Source: Phycisphaera mikurensis NBRC 102666 (GTDB taxonomy: Bacteria > Planctomycetota > Phycisphaerae > Phycisphaerales > Phycisphaeraceae). From it: a stretch of 32,000 bases of DNA. The position numbers and the translations under genes are program-made. Below are positions 6,819-14,612 of this stretch, piece after piece. Position 1 is the stretch's first letter, and each line of letters starts with the position of its first letter. Location of the stretch: positions 300,001-332,000 of the forward strand of contig NC_017080.1 of NCBI RefSeq assembly GCF_000284115.1. Direction: 5' to 3'. Below the pieces are notes generated by a model. That model saw nothing but the letters and a program-made list of their open reading frames with translations, had not been told where the DNA came from and made no database searches.

Positions 6819-9616
6819 TACGGGTTGGATTCCGCGGCGGTCATCTCGGTGTAGCGGGCGAAGAGGTGTTCGAGGCGTTCGGTGTCGTTGCGGAAGCGGC
6901 GGCCGAGGTAGATGCGTTCGAGGGTTTCGTCGTTGCGGTCGTGGGCTTGGCGGAGGTCGGGGTAGTCGCGGTCCATGGCCTCGGGGTCGTACATCTGCGC
7001 AATCGTCGCGGGCCAGTGGGCCTCGCGGGCGAGCAGGATGGCCTCGGCGCAAGCCGTGAGGTCGGCCTTGTTCTGCTCCGTCAGCTCGGGGACGGGGAAG
7101 GTGTTCCAGCCGAGGTCGTTCGAGTAGCGGTAGTCGATCTTGAACTTGCCTCCAATTGCTGCGACCCAGGCCAGGTGAAGGCGTGAATTGATGACGCTCA
7201 GCGCCCACGTTCCCGCGTCATGCAGCGCAAATGCTTGGCTGGAGACGACCGTCTTGGCGGGCAAGATTCCCGCGGGGATGTACTGCCTCTTCTCTGATGT
7301 ACTGATGGGAACGATGATGGTAGATTCCGTGGACGATACATGTTCGCGCATTTGGTGTGGACGCTTGGCGAGCTGCCGGTTGGAAGAGTCCTTGAACGCG
7401 AGCCGCTTCTTTCTGCAGAGCTCAATCCGTGATCCGATAGCTGAGCATGTGAGAGCATCCTCGAGATCAGCGTCGTCTACCCAGATCGAGTAGTTGACCA
7501 CGCCGCCATTGAACTCGTCCGATCCGTAGAAAGGACGCAGAAAGCCGTCGGCTGCGGCGTCTGCACTTATCACTTCGCGGCGGGATGCTGCGCTCACCCG
7601 CAGCGCTCTTCCATCGTTCGGCTTGTTGCCGAGAATCATCGTCGGAAGATCACTAGAAAGAGTATCGCTCCGGGCCGTGACTAATGGCGCATCGCCCGCG
7701 GTGAGATAGTGAGAGATCGCTTCGACGTGCCTTTCCTCGTCGTTATTGTAGAGGATGCACGGCGTGTCATCGTTGCTCGCAAGCCCCACGATGACGACGC
7801 TGACTGCGGCATTTCTGGCAGCCATGTTCGACCACCAGAAGCTCTCGTAAGCAAAATGAATCTTGACACCTTCGGCGAGCACGGCAGGCCACAGGTCGGC
7901 AGCTTGCCGTCCCATTACGACGGAGTTGGTTGAGACCAATGCAGCTGCCGAATCAACTCTGCGGCAGTAATCGGACGCCTTGATGAACCAAGCTCCGACT
8001 AGATCGATATAGCCAAAGTTTCGGATGCGGCCTTGGAAGATATTCCGAAGATCCTCGCGGTTGCTCGCGGAGAGCTTGCCCTTGCCCAGATACGGCGGAT
8101 TCCCGCAGATGTACGTCTCCCCGCCCTCGTTCTCGAAGTCGATCTCCCCGCCCTCGGCCCGCGACAGCAGGTCGGTCGGCGAAGCCGACGCCTCCTGCCC
8201 GCTCGGCGGGCAGACGCGCTGCCAGTCCAGCCGCAGCGCGTTCCCGTGGACGATCCAGTTCTCCTTGCCCAGGGGCAGGAAGTCGGCGAGGGCGAGCAGC
8301 TGGCCGCGGTGGAGGACGTCGGCCTGGTACTCGGCGATGATCAGCGCGAGGCGGGCGACCTCGGCGGCGAAGTGGCGGATCTCGATGCCGCGGAAGTTCG
8401 TGAGTGGGATCTCGCTTTGGCGCTCGGCTTCGCCGAGGTTTTCGTTGATCTTCGCCTCGATCTCGCGGAGCTGCTTGTAGGCGATGACGAGGAAGTTGCC
8501 GCTGCCGCAGGCGGGGTCGAAGACGCGGATCCGCGACAGCCGCTTGCGGAGCCACCGCAGCGCCTGCGGCCGGACCTTCGGCTCGGTCGCGTCCTTCAGC
8601 TTTTCGCGGAGCGAATCCAAAAAGAGCGGGTTGAGCACCTTCAGGATGTTGGGCACGCTGGTGTAGTGCATGCCCAGCCGGGCCCGGTCCTCCTCGCCGG
8701 CGACGGCCTGGATCATCGAGCCGAAGATGTCCGGGTTGATCTTGGTCCAGTCCAGCCCGCCGATGTGCAGGAGGTAGCTGCGGGCGGTCTGGCCGAAGCG
8801 GGGCACGGAGTCGGGGTCGCCGCCGCCGGCGAACAGGCCGCCGTTCACGTACGGGAAGCCCATGGCGTACGGCCGGACGCCGGCGGCCCGGCGGGCCTCG
8901 GCGTCCAGCGGAGAGTCCATCGCGAGGAAGCAGTTCGCCAGCACCTCGTGCACGTTGGAGCCGTCCCGCTCGCTCAGGGTGCGGACGGCGCCGGTGAACT
9001 GGTCGTCGCCGAAGATGCGGGTGTCCTCGGCGAAGAAGCAGAAGATCAGGCGGGCCATGAAGTGGTTCATGTCCTCGCGGCGGGCTTCCTCGCCCCAGTC
9101 GGGGTTCTCGCGCAGCAGCTCGACGTAGAGCTTGTTCAGCCGCCCGGTGGCCTTCACGTCGAAGGCGTTCTCGCGGATCGCCGGCACCGTGCGGATGCCC
9201 GCGAGCTCCAGGAAGAAGCCAAATCGCTCCGGCAGCTCCGCGAGCGGGCAGGCCAGGGTCTCGCCCGCGCCGTCCGGCGTGAGGCTTTCCGCTTCGACCG
9301 TCTCGCCGTCGGTGGCGAGCACGAACTTGCAGTTGCGCTTGGCCGTCTCGGGCGAGTCCAGCAGCTCCTGAAGCTTCTCCGCCGTCTCCCACGGCGCAGC
9401 CGTTGCGAGGTGGATGTTCTTGGTCTGCAGCACGCCGCCGGGCACGTCGCTGCGGTTGGTGGAGCTCTTGCCGCCGGCCCGCAGCCGGTCGATCGTGGTC
9501 CGCGGGTTGCCGAAGGCCTCCAGGAACTCGAACGGGAACGCCTCCGCGTCGAACCCCTCCGCGGCGATCCGCTCCACCAGCTGCTCGACGGCTTCCTCGA
9601 TCTCGACGGCGTTCAT
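6818..9616 (-). CDS. MmeI-family (Type IIL/IIG-like) N6-adenine DNA methyltransferase with TRD; N-terminal nuclease motif apparently degenerate
   Basis: It is collinear with my recollection of MmeI over the full length: LIFCFFAEDTRIF, FPYVNGGLF, LDWTKINPDIFGSMIQ, LGMHYTSVPNILKVLNPLFLD, VFDPACGSGNFLV (motif I), ICGNPPYLGKGK (motif IV), and C-terminal YRYSNDLGWNTFP and MYDPEAM. I place the start at ATG 9616 (932 aa); the upstream extension to 9895 overlaps glbO. Confidence 0.9.
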   Translation of the reverse strand: MNAVEIEEAVEQLVERIAAEGFDAEAFPFEFLEAFGNPRTTIDRLRAGGKSSTNRSDVPGGVLQTKNIHLATAAPWETAEKLQELLDSPETAKRNCKFVLATDGETVEAESLTPDGAGETLACPLAELPERFGFFLELAGIRTVPAIRENAFDVKATGRLNKLYVELLRENPDWGEEARREDMNHFMARLIFCFFAEDTRIFGDDQFTGAVRTLSERDGSNVHEVLANCFLAMDSPLDAEARRAAGVRPYAMGFPYVNGGLFAGGGDPDSVPRFGQTARSYLLHIGGLDWTKINPDIFGSMIQAVAGEEDRARLGMHYTSVPNILKVLNPLFLDSLREKLKDATEPKVRPQALRWLRKRLSRIRVFDPACGSGNFLVIAYKQLREIEAKINENLGEAERQSEIPLTNFRGIEIRHFAAEVARLALIIAEYQADVLHRGQLLALADFLPLGKENWIVHGNALRLDWQRVCPPSGQEASASPTDLLSRAEGGEIDFENEGGETYICGNPPYLGKGKLSASNREDLRNIFQGRIRNFGYIDLVGAWFIKASDYCRRVDSAAALVSTNSVVMGRQAADLWPAVLAEGVKIHFAYESFWWSNMAARNAAVSVVIVGLASNDDTPCILYNNDEERHVEAISHYLTAGDAPLVTARSDTLSSDLPTMILGNKPNDGRALRVSAASRREVISADAAADGFLRPFYGSDEFNGGVVNYSIWVDDADLEDALTCSAIGSRIELCRKKRLAFKDSSNRQLAKRPHQMREHVSSTESTIIVPISTSEKRQYIPAGILPAKTVVSSQAFALHDAGTWALSVINSRLHLAWVAAIGGKFKIDYRYSNDLGWNTFPVPELTEQNKADLTACAEAILLAREAHWPATIAQMYDPEAMDRDYPDLRQAHDRNDETLERIYLGRRFRNDTERLEHLFARYTEMTAAESNP

Positions 9617-9664
9617 GGGGGCATTGTGCCGCGGCGGGCTTCCGGCGCGGCGTAGCCTCGGCGC

Positions 9665-10042
9665 ATGCCTCTGGGCGAAGCCGAAGTTTTCGACGCCCTG
9701 GGCCCCGGGGGCTTCGGCCCGCTGGTCGCGGCCTTCTACCGGCGCGTCCGCGCGGACGACCTGCTCGGGCCGATGTACCCGCCGGGCGAGTGGGCGCAGG
9801 CCGAGTGGCGGCTGAGGGCGTTCCTCGACCAACGCTTCGGCGGGCCGATGGCGTATTCCGAGCGGCGGGGCCACCCGCGCCTGCGGATGCGGCACGCGCC
9901 CTTCGCCATCGGCGAGCCCGAGCGGGACCGGTGGCTGGCGCTGATGGCGGCGGCCATGGAGGAGGTCGCCGTGAGCGACGCGGTGACGGAGGTTGTCGCG
10001 CCCTTCTTCCTGATGGTCGCCGAGGGCATGCGCAACCGGTGA
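9665..10042 (+). CDS. glbO: Group 2 truncated hemoglobin
   Basis: The block GHPRLRMRHAPF plus ERLR.FL.Q..GGP..YSE is, as I recall it, near-identical to mycobacterial GlbO. Confidence 0.85.
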   Translation: MPLGEAEVFDALGPGGFGPLVAAFYRRVRADDLLGPMYPPGEWAQAEWRLRAFLDQRFGGPMAYSERRGHPRLRMRHAPFAIGEPERDRWLALMAAAMEEVAVSDAVTEVVAPFFLMVAEGMRNR

Positions 10043-10069
10043 ACGCCGGCCCCGCCGCCGCCGCGACGC

Positions 10070-10564
10070 TCAGCCGTCGCCGGGGTAGGGCTTCAGCGGG
10101 CCGGAGGCCTCGGCCCCGGGGATGTCCAGGGTCGGAGCGTCGCCCCAGAGCATCTCCAGGTCGTAGTGGGCCCGCGTCTCCGGCTCGAAGAGGTGCACCA
10201 CCACGCCCACGAAGTCGGCGACGACCCACGTGGTCAGCTTGTCCTCCTCGCCGCCGTAGCGCTCGAAGCCCCGGTCTCTGCCGAGCTGCTGGAACTCGGC
10301 CGCGACCGTCCGCATCTGGCGGTCGGAGGTGCCGGTGGCGACCACCACGAAGTCGGTCAGCGCCGACTGCCCGCGCACGTCGAAGCAGATCACGTCCTCG
10401 CAGCGGCGGTCGTGGGCGAGCGTGGCGGCCTCGAGGGCGAAGGCCCGGGCTTCGGCGGTCTCCTCGTCGCTCCGCTTGAGGATCGGCTGCGGGTCGGAGG
10501 GGATCTCGTCGTCGGCCACGGCGGGGCCTTCCTCCGCGGCGGTGGTGAATCGGGGTGCGGGCAT
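10070..10564 (-). CDS. rsfS: Ribosome silencing factor RsfS (iojap family)
   Basis: It carries LTDFVVVATGTSDRQ, WVVADFVGVVVHLFEPETRAHYDLEMLW. Confidence 0.85.
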   Translation of the reverse strand: MPAPRFTTAAEEGPAVADDEIPSDPQPILKRSDEETAEARAFALEAATLAHDRRCEDVICFDVRGQSALTDFVVVATGTSDRQMRTVAAEFQQLGRDRGFERYGGEEDKLTTWVVADFVGVVVHLFEPETRAHYDLEMLWGDAPTLDIPGAEASGPLKPYPGDG

Positions 10565-10573
10565 GGTTCGAGA

Positions 10574-10888
10574 CTACGCCGCGGCCCCGGCGTCGCCCCG
10601 GCCCTCGCCCCCGCCCTCGCCTTCGTCCGGCCCCCCGGGGAAGCCCGGCAGCGTCGTCCGCTGGACCCGCACCCCGAAGGTCTCCCCGACCTTGACGGCG
10701 GTGCCCTCGGCCACTTGCAGGCCGTTGATCCGCAGCTCCAGCTCCTCGTCGGCGGCCTTGGGCAGCTCGATCATCGTGCCGGGCTTCCACTCGAGCACGT
10801 CCTGCAGGGCGACCCGGACGCGGCCGATCTCGACCATCACCGGGACCTCCAGGGCGAGCAGCGTGCGGGGCGAGGGCGAAGCGGTCAT
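10574..10888 (-). CDS. FliN/SpoA-domain (flagellar switch / T3SS C-ring-like) small protein
   Basis: The sequence LEVPVMVEIGRVRVALQDVLEWKPGTMIELPK...ELRINGLQVAEGTAVKVGETFGVRV fits the FliN C-terminal (SpoA) fold pattern. Its ATG overlaps the trpE TGA (ATGA at 10885-10888). Confidence 0.6.
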   Translation of the reverse strand: MTASPSPRTLLALEVPVMVEIGRVRVALQDVLEWKPGTMIELPKAADEELELRINGLQVAEGTAVKVGETFGVRVQRTTLPGFPGGPDEGEGGGEGRGDAGAAA

Positions 10889-12513
10889 GCGGCCGGGTCA
10901 TCGGCCGGTGGCGGGTCGCTCCCGCCGAAAAGGCGCTCCGCCAGCCGCACGGCCTCGAGCAGGCCGGCGGCCTTGTTGAGGGTCTCCTGGTGCTCGGCGT
11001 CGGGGTCGGAGTCGGCGACGACGCCGCCGCCGGCCTGCAGGTGCACGCGCCAGGGCCCCCCCCGACGCCGCGGCGGCAGCACCACCATCGTCCGCAGGGC
11101 GATGCAGGTGTCCAGGTCGCCGTTGAAGCCGGCGTGGCCGACGGCCCCGCCGTAGGGGCCCCGCTTCACGGGCTCGAGCTCGTCGATGATCTGCATGGCC
11201 CGCACCTTGGGGGCCCCCGAGACCGTGCCCACCGGCAGCGACACGCGCAGCGCCTCCCACGCGTCGACGCCTTCGCGCAGCCGGCCGCGGACCTCCGAGG
11301 ACAGGTGCATCACGTGGCTGTACCGCTCGACGGCCATCAGCTCGGTGAGCCCGACGCTGCCGGGCTCGGCGACGCGGCCGATGTCGTTGCGGTGCAGGTC
11401 GACGAGCATGCTGTGCTCGGCGGTGTCCTTGGGATCGGCCCGCAGCTGGGCCGACAGCTCGTCGTCCTCGGCGGCGTCCCGCCCGCGCGGGCGGGTGCCC
11501 GCGAGCGGGCGGGAGGCGGCGACGCCGCCCACGACCTTCACGAGGATCTCCGGCGAGCTGCCGACCAGGACGGCCCCGCCCGCCTGGAGGTAGAAGAGGT
11601 AGGGCGAGGGGTTCACCGCCCGCAGGGCCCGGTAGACGTCGAAGGGGTCGGCCGCCGTCTCCACCTCGAAGCGCTGGCTGGGCACCACCTGGAAGGCGTC
11701 GCCGGCGGCGACGTACTCCTTCACGCGGCGGACCGCGTCCTGGTAGCCCCCCGCCCCCAGCGACGACGGGCCCAGGTCCGGCGCGGCGTGGCCGCCACGC
11801 CGGCCGGCGGCGTGGCGTGGCGGGGTGGCGACGGGCTCGGGCTCTCCGCCGAGCAGGCGCTCCTGGAGGGCGTCCAGCCCGCGGACCGCGGCCGAGAACG
11901 CCTCCGAGGCGTCGCGGTCCGCGGGGAGCGCGGCGGAGCCGATCAGCAGCAGCGTGCCCTCGGCGTGGTCGAAGGCGACCAGCTCGGGGTAGAGCTGGAA
12001 GTGCAGGTCGGGGAGGTCCCGGTCGTCCGGCGGGCCCGGCCCGAGCGCGTCGGGCTCGGTGTAGCGGACCGTGTCGTAGCCGGCGTAGCCGACCCAGCCC
12101 CCGGCGAAGGGCGGGAGGCCGGCGGGCGCGACCCAGCGGCCCGGGGCGAGCTGCCGGGTCAGCGCCGGCATCGCCCGCAGCGGGTCGTCGCACGGCCGGG
12201 ACGCGGAGGTGCCCGCGGCGTGGTCCCGCACCTCCAGCACCGGCCCCCGCGCGATCACCTCCGCCACGGGCCGGCTGCCCAGGAAGCTGTACCGCCCCAC
12301 GGTGTCCCCGCCGGTCACCGAGTCCAGCAGGAAGCTCGGGGCCAGGCGGCGCTCGCCCCGAACCAGCCGCCGGTAGGCCAGCACCGGCGTCAACGCGTCG
12401 CCGAGGAGGCGGCGGACCACCGGGAGGCGGAGTGCAACGCCGGGCGTCCGGCCGCGGGCCGCGGCGGCGGCGGCCTCGAAAGCTTCGGCGTCGGGCTGGC
12501 ACGTGGCGGTCAT
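10885..12513 (-). CDS. trpE: Anthranilate synthase component I
   Basis: It carries LLDSV...GRYSFLG, PSPYLFYL, SSPE, HSMLVDLHRNDIG, GTVSGAPKVRAMQII.ELE, RGPYGGAVG and ALRT. I place the start at ATG 12513 (542 aa). Confidence 0.9.
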   Translation of the reverse strand: MTATCQPDAEAFEAAAAAARGRTPGVALRLPVVRRLLGDALTPVLAYRRLVRGERRLAPSFLLDSVTGGDTVGRYSFLGSRPVAEVIARGPVLEVRDHAAGTSASRPCDDPLRAMPALTRQLAPGRWVAPAGLPPFAGGWVGYAGYDTVRYTEPDALGPGPPDDRDLPDLHFQLYPELVAFDHAEGTLLLIGSAALPADRDASEAFSAAVRGLDALQERLLGGEPEPVATPPRHAAGRRGGHAAPDLGPSSLGAGGYQDAVRRVKEYVAAGDAFQVVPSQRFEVETAADPFDVYRALRAVNPSPYLFYLQAGGAVLVGSSPEILVKVVGGVAASRPLAGTRPRGRDAAEDDELSAQLRADPKDTAEHSMLVDLHRNDIGRVAEPGSVGLTELMAVERYSHVMHLSSEVRGRLREGVDAWEALRVSLPVGTVSGAPKVRAMQIIDELEPVKRGPYGGAVGHAGFNGDLDTCIALRTMVVLPPRRRGGPWRVHLQAGGGVVADSDPDAEHQETLNKAAGLLEAVRLAERLFGGSDPPPADDPAA

Positions 12514-12646
12514 GGGCGGGCACCGCGGCGGTGCGTCCGGCCGAAGAAATCCGAAATCTCCGGCTAGAGTGCGGCGGACCTTACCGATCCGGCCGTTCCT
12601 GCCCGACTGCGCCGCAGGCGGGCGGGAACCCCCAAGGCGCCCCGTC

Positions 12647-14290
12647 ATGAACATCCAGAGCTTCCTCCGACACCACGGCCTCGAAGAGAACCCCTTCAAC
12701 GCCGAGGAGGCCCGGCTGGACCCGGTCCTCGAGCGCCTCGAGTCCGGCGGCCACAACCTCGAGCACCCCGAGTTCCAGAAGATCCTCGGCCGCCTCGACC
12801 AGCCCTCCACCGCCGTGGTCTTCGGCGAGAAGGGCTCGGGCAAGACCGCGATCCGCCTCGACATCGAGCGCCGCATCGCCGCCCACAACCAGACCAGCCC
12901 CGACAAGAAGGTGCTCGTCGTCGCCTACGACGACCTCAACCCGGTGCTGGACCGGCTCCAGCGGGCCCTGCGGGTCGACGGCCCCAAGGTCCTCGACGCG
13001 ATCCGCCTCGAGGACCACCAGGACGCGATCCTCGCGCTCGCGACGACCAAGCTGCTCAACGCGCTCACCGGCGGCGCCGGGCCCGACGCCGGCGATCCCT
13101 CCGTGCCGCTGCCGCCGGACACGCTCAAGAGCCTCAAGAAGCTGCCCGTGGAGCAGCGCCGCGACCTCGCCACGCTCGCGACGCTCTACGACCAGCCGGC
13201 CTCGGCCGATCCGGTCACCCGGCTCGCCCGGCTCCGCAAGCGGCTGCGGCTGGGGGTCAACCTGCACCCGAACTTCTGGCTGTGGGTCGCCGTGCTCGGC
13301 GGCATCGCGGCGCTCGTGCTCGGCGGCTGGTGGTGGCTCCAGTCGGAGGACCCGCCGGCGTGGCTGCTGCCCGCGGGCGTGCTGGCTCTGGCCGCGCTGC
13401 TGCTGGGCCTGGGCGTCTGGACCTGGGAACGCGTCCGCATCTGGAGCCTCGCGCGCAGCATCCTCAAGGAGATGCCCGCCACCCAGCGGACCCACGAGCA
13501 GCTCAAGCACATGCTCGCGGACACGCCCTCGCGGACCTTCGCCGATCAGCCGCTGCCCAGAACCGCCGGCCCCGACGCCGGGCCCCGCGACGACCGCTAC
13601 CAGCTCACCCGCCGGCTCGTGTCGCTGCTGAGGGGGCTTGGGTACGCCGGGATCCTGGTGCTGGTCGACCGCATCGACGAGCCGACGCTGGTCTCCGGCG
13701 ACGAGGACCGGATGAAGAAGATCGTGTGGCCGATGTTCGACAACAAGTTCCTCAAGCAGGATCACTTCGGCCTGAAGCTGCTGCTGCCCGTGGAGCTGTC
13801 GTACCTGCTCAAGCGCGAGAGCAGCCAGTTCTTCCAGGAGGCCCGCCTCGACAAGCAGAACATGGTCGAGCGGCTGAGCTGGTCGGGCTCCACGCTCTAC
13901 GACCTCTGCAGCGCCCGCCTGCGGGCGGTGCGGTCGTCAACGGCGTCGGCGTCGGCGTCCGCGCCGGCCGCGGGCGAAGGCGAAGGCGGAGGCGAGAGGG
14001 AGGGCACGCAGGCGCCAGAGGGCGCGGCGGCCGGGCCGACCGGCGGGGAGATCTCCCTCACCGACCTCTTCACCGACGACGTCGACCGGGTCCAGCTCAT
14101 CGACGCGCTCGACCAGATGCAGCAGCCGCGCGACGCCTTCAAGTTCATGTACCAGGTGGTGCAGGAGCACTGCCGGCTGATGCCCGAGGAGAGCGCCGAG
14201 TGGCAGATCGCCCGGCTCACGCTGGACTCGGTCCGCCGCGACCAGAGCCAGCGCGTGCAGGAGCTGCACCGCGGCCGCCAGCCCGCCTGA
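12647..14290 (+). CDS. P-loop NTPase with two transmembrane helices between Walker A and Walker B (KAP-like architecture)
   Basis: Walker A is GEKGSGKT (about 12824-12847). Two hydrophobic helices, FWLWVAVLGGIAALVLGGWWWL and AWLLPAGVLALAALLLGLGVWTW, lie at about 13271-13430. Walker B-like ILVLVDRIDEP lies at about 13655-13685. I place the start at ATG 12647. Confidence 0.65.
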   Translation: MNIQSFLRHHGLEENPFNAEEARLDPVLERLESGGHNLEHPEFQKILGRLDQPSTAVVFGEKGSGKTAIRLDIERRIAAHNQTSPDKKVLVVAYDDLNPVLDRLQRALRVDGPKVLDAIRLEDHQDAILALATTKLLNALTGGAGPDAGDPSVPLPPDTLKSLKKLPVEQRRDLATLATLYDQPASADPVTRLARLRKRLRLGVNLHPNFWLWVAVLGGIAALVLGGWWWLQSEDPPAWLLPAGVLALAALLLGLGVWTWERVRIWSLARSILKEMPATQRTHEQLKHMLADTPSRTFADQPLPRTAGPDAGPRDDRYQLTRRLVSLLRGLGYAGILVLVDRIDEPTLVSGDEDRMKKIVWPMFDNKFLKQDHFGLKLLLPVELSYLLKRESSQFFQEARLDKQNMVERLSWSGSTLYDLCSARLRAVRSSTASASASAPAAGEGEGGGEREGTQAPEGAAAGPTGGEISLTDLFTDDVDRVQLIDALDQMQQPRDAFKFMYQVVQEHCRLMPEESAEWQIARLTLDSVRRDQSQRVQELHRGRQPA

Positions 14291-14612
14291 AACTTGCGGC
14301 GGGGCCGCCCGGCGGCGCGGCGGCCAGCCCGGGCATCTGCGGCGGGGCGGATGCGGCGGGCGGGAGGCCTCCCGAAACGCACGCCCGGGGAGCCCCGTGC
14401 CACCGCGATCAGCGGCCCGCGCCCACCGCATCGAGCGCTGCGATCGTGCGCAGCCGGTCGGCGGCGACGCTTCCGATAATTCCCGCCGCGTGCGGGTGGT
14501 GCATCCTTGCACGGTTTTTTCTACTGTGCCGCCTGTTCGGGCTCCCACCGCGGGGCCGACGCCGGAGCCGGTCGCGTGGACCGGCCCCGACCCCACCCCC
14601 GAAGGAACCCCC

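Noticed and set aside
9617-9895. The upstream extension of the MTase ORF (93 aa, MPHPQARV...).
   Set aside because: It overlaps the glbO coding region on the opposite strand and has shadow-frame composition. MmeI-like similarity begins just after the ATG at 9616.
7953-10901. A 982-aa minus-strand ORF, plus similar long ORFs at 28715-31273 (+), 1060-2298 (-), 1841-3133 (-), 3115-4812 (+), 10898-12523 (-) and 15604-16890 (-).
   Set aside because: All are off-frame or antisense to genes with clear family motifs (MTase, glbO, rsfS, GT4, TrmH, helicase, trpE, sppA). Their products are dominated by R/P/G/A runs with no domain signatures.
13940-14000. Tandem GGCGTC and GGCGAA hexamer repeats.
   Set aside because: They lie in-frame within the KAP-like CDS and encode an ASASAS/GEGEGG low-complexity linker. 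They are not an independent repeat feature.
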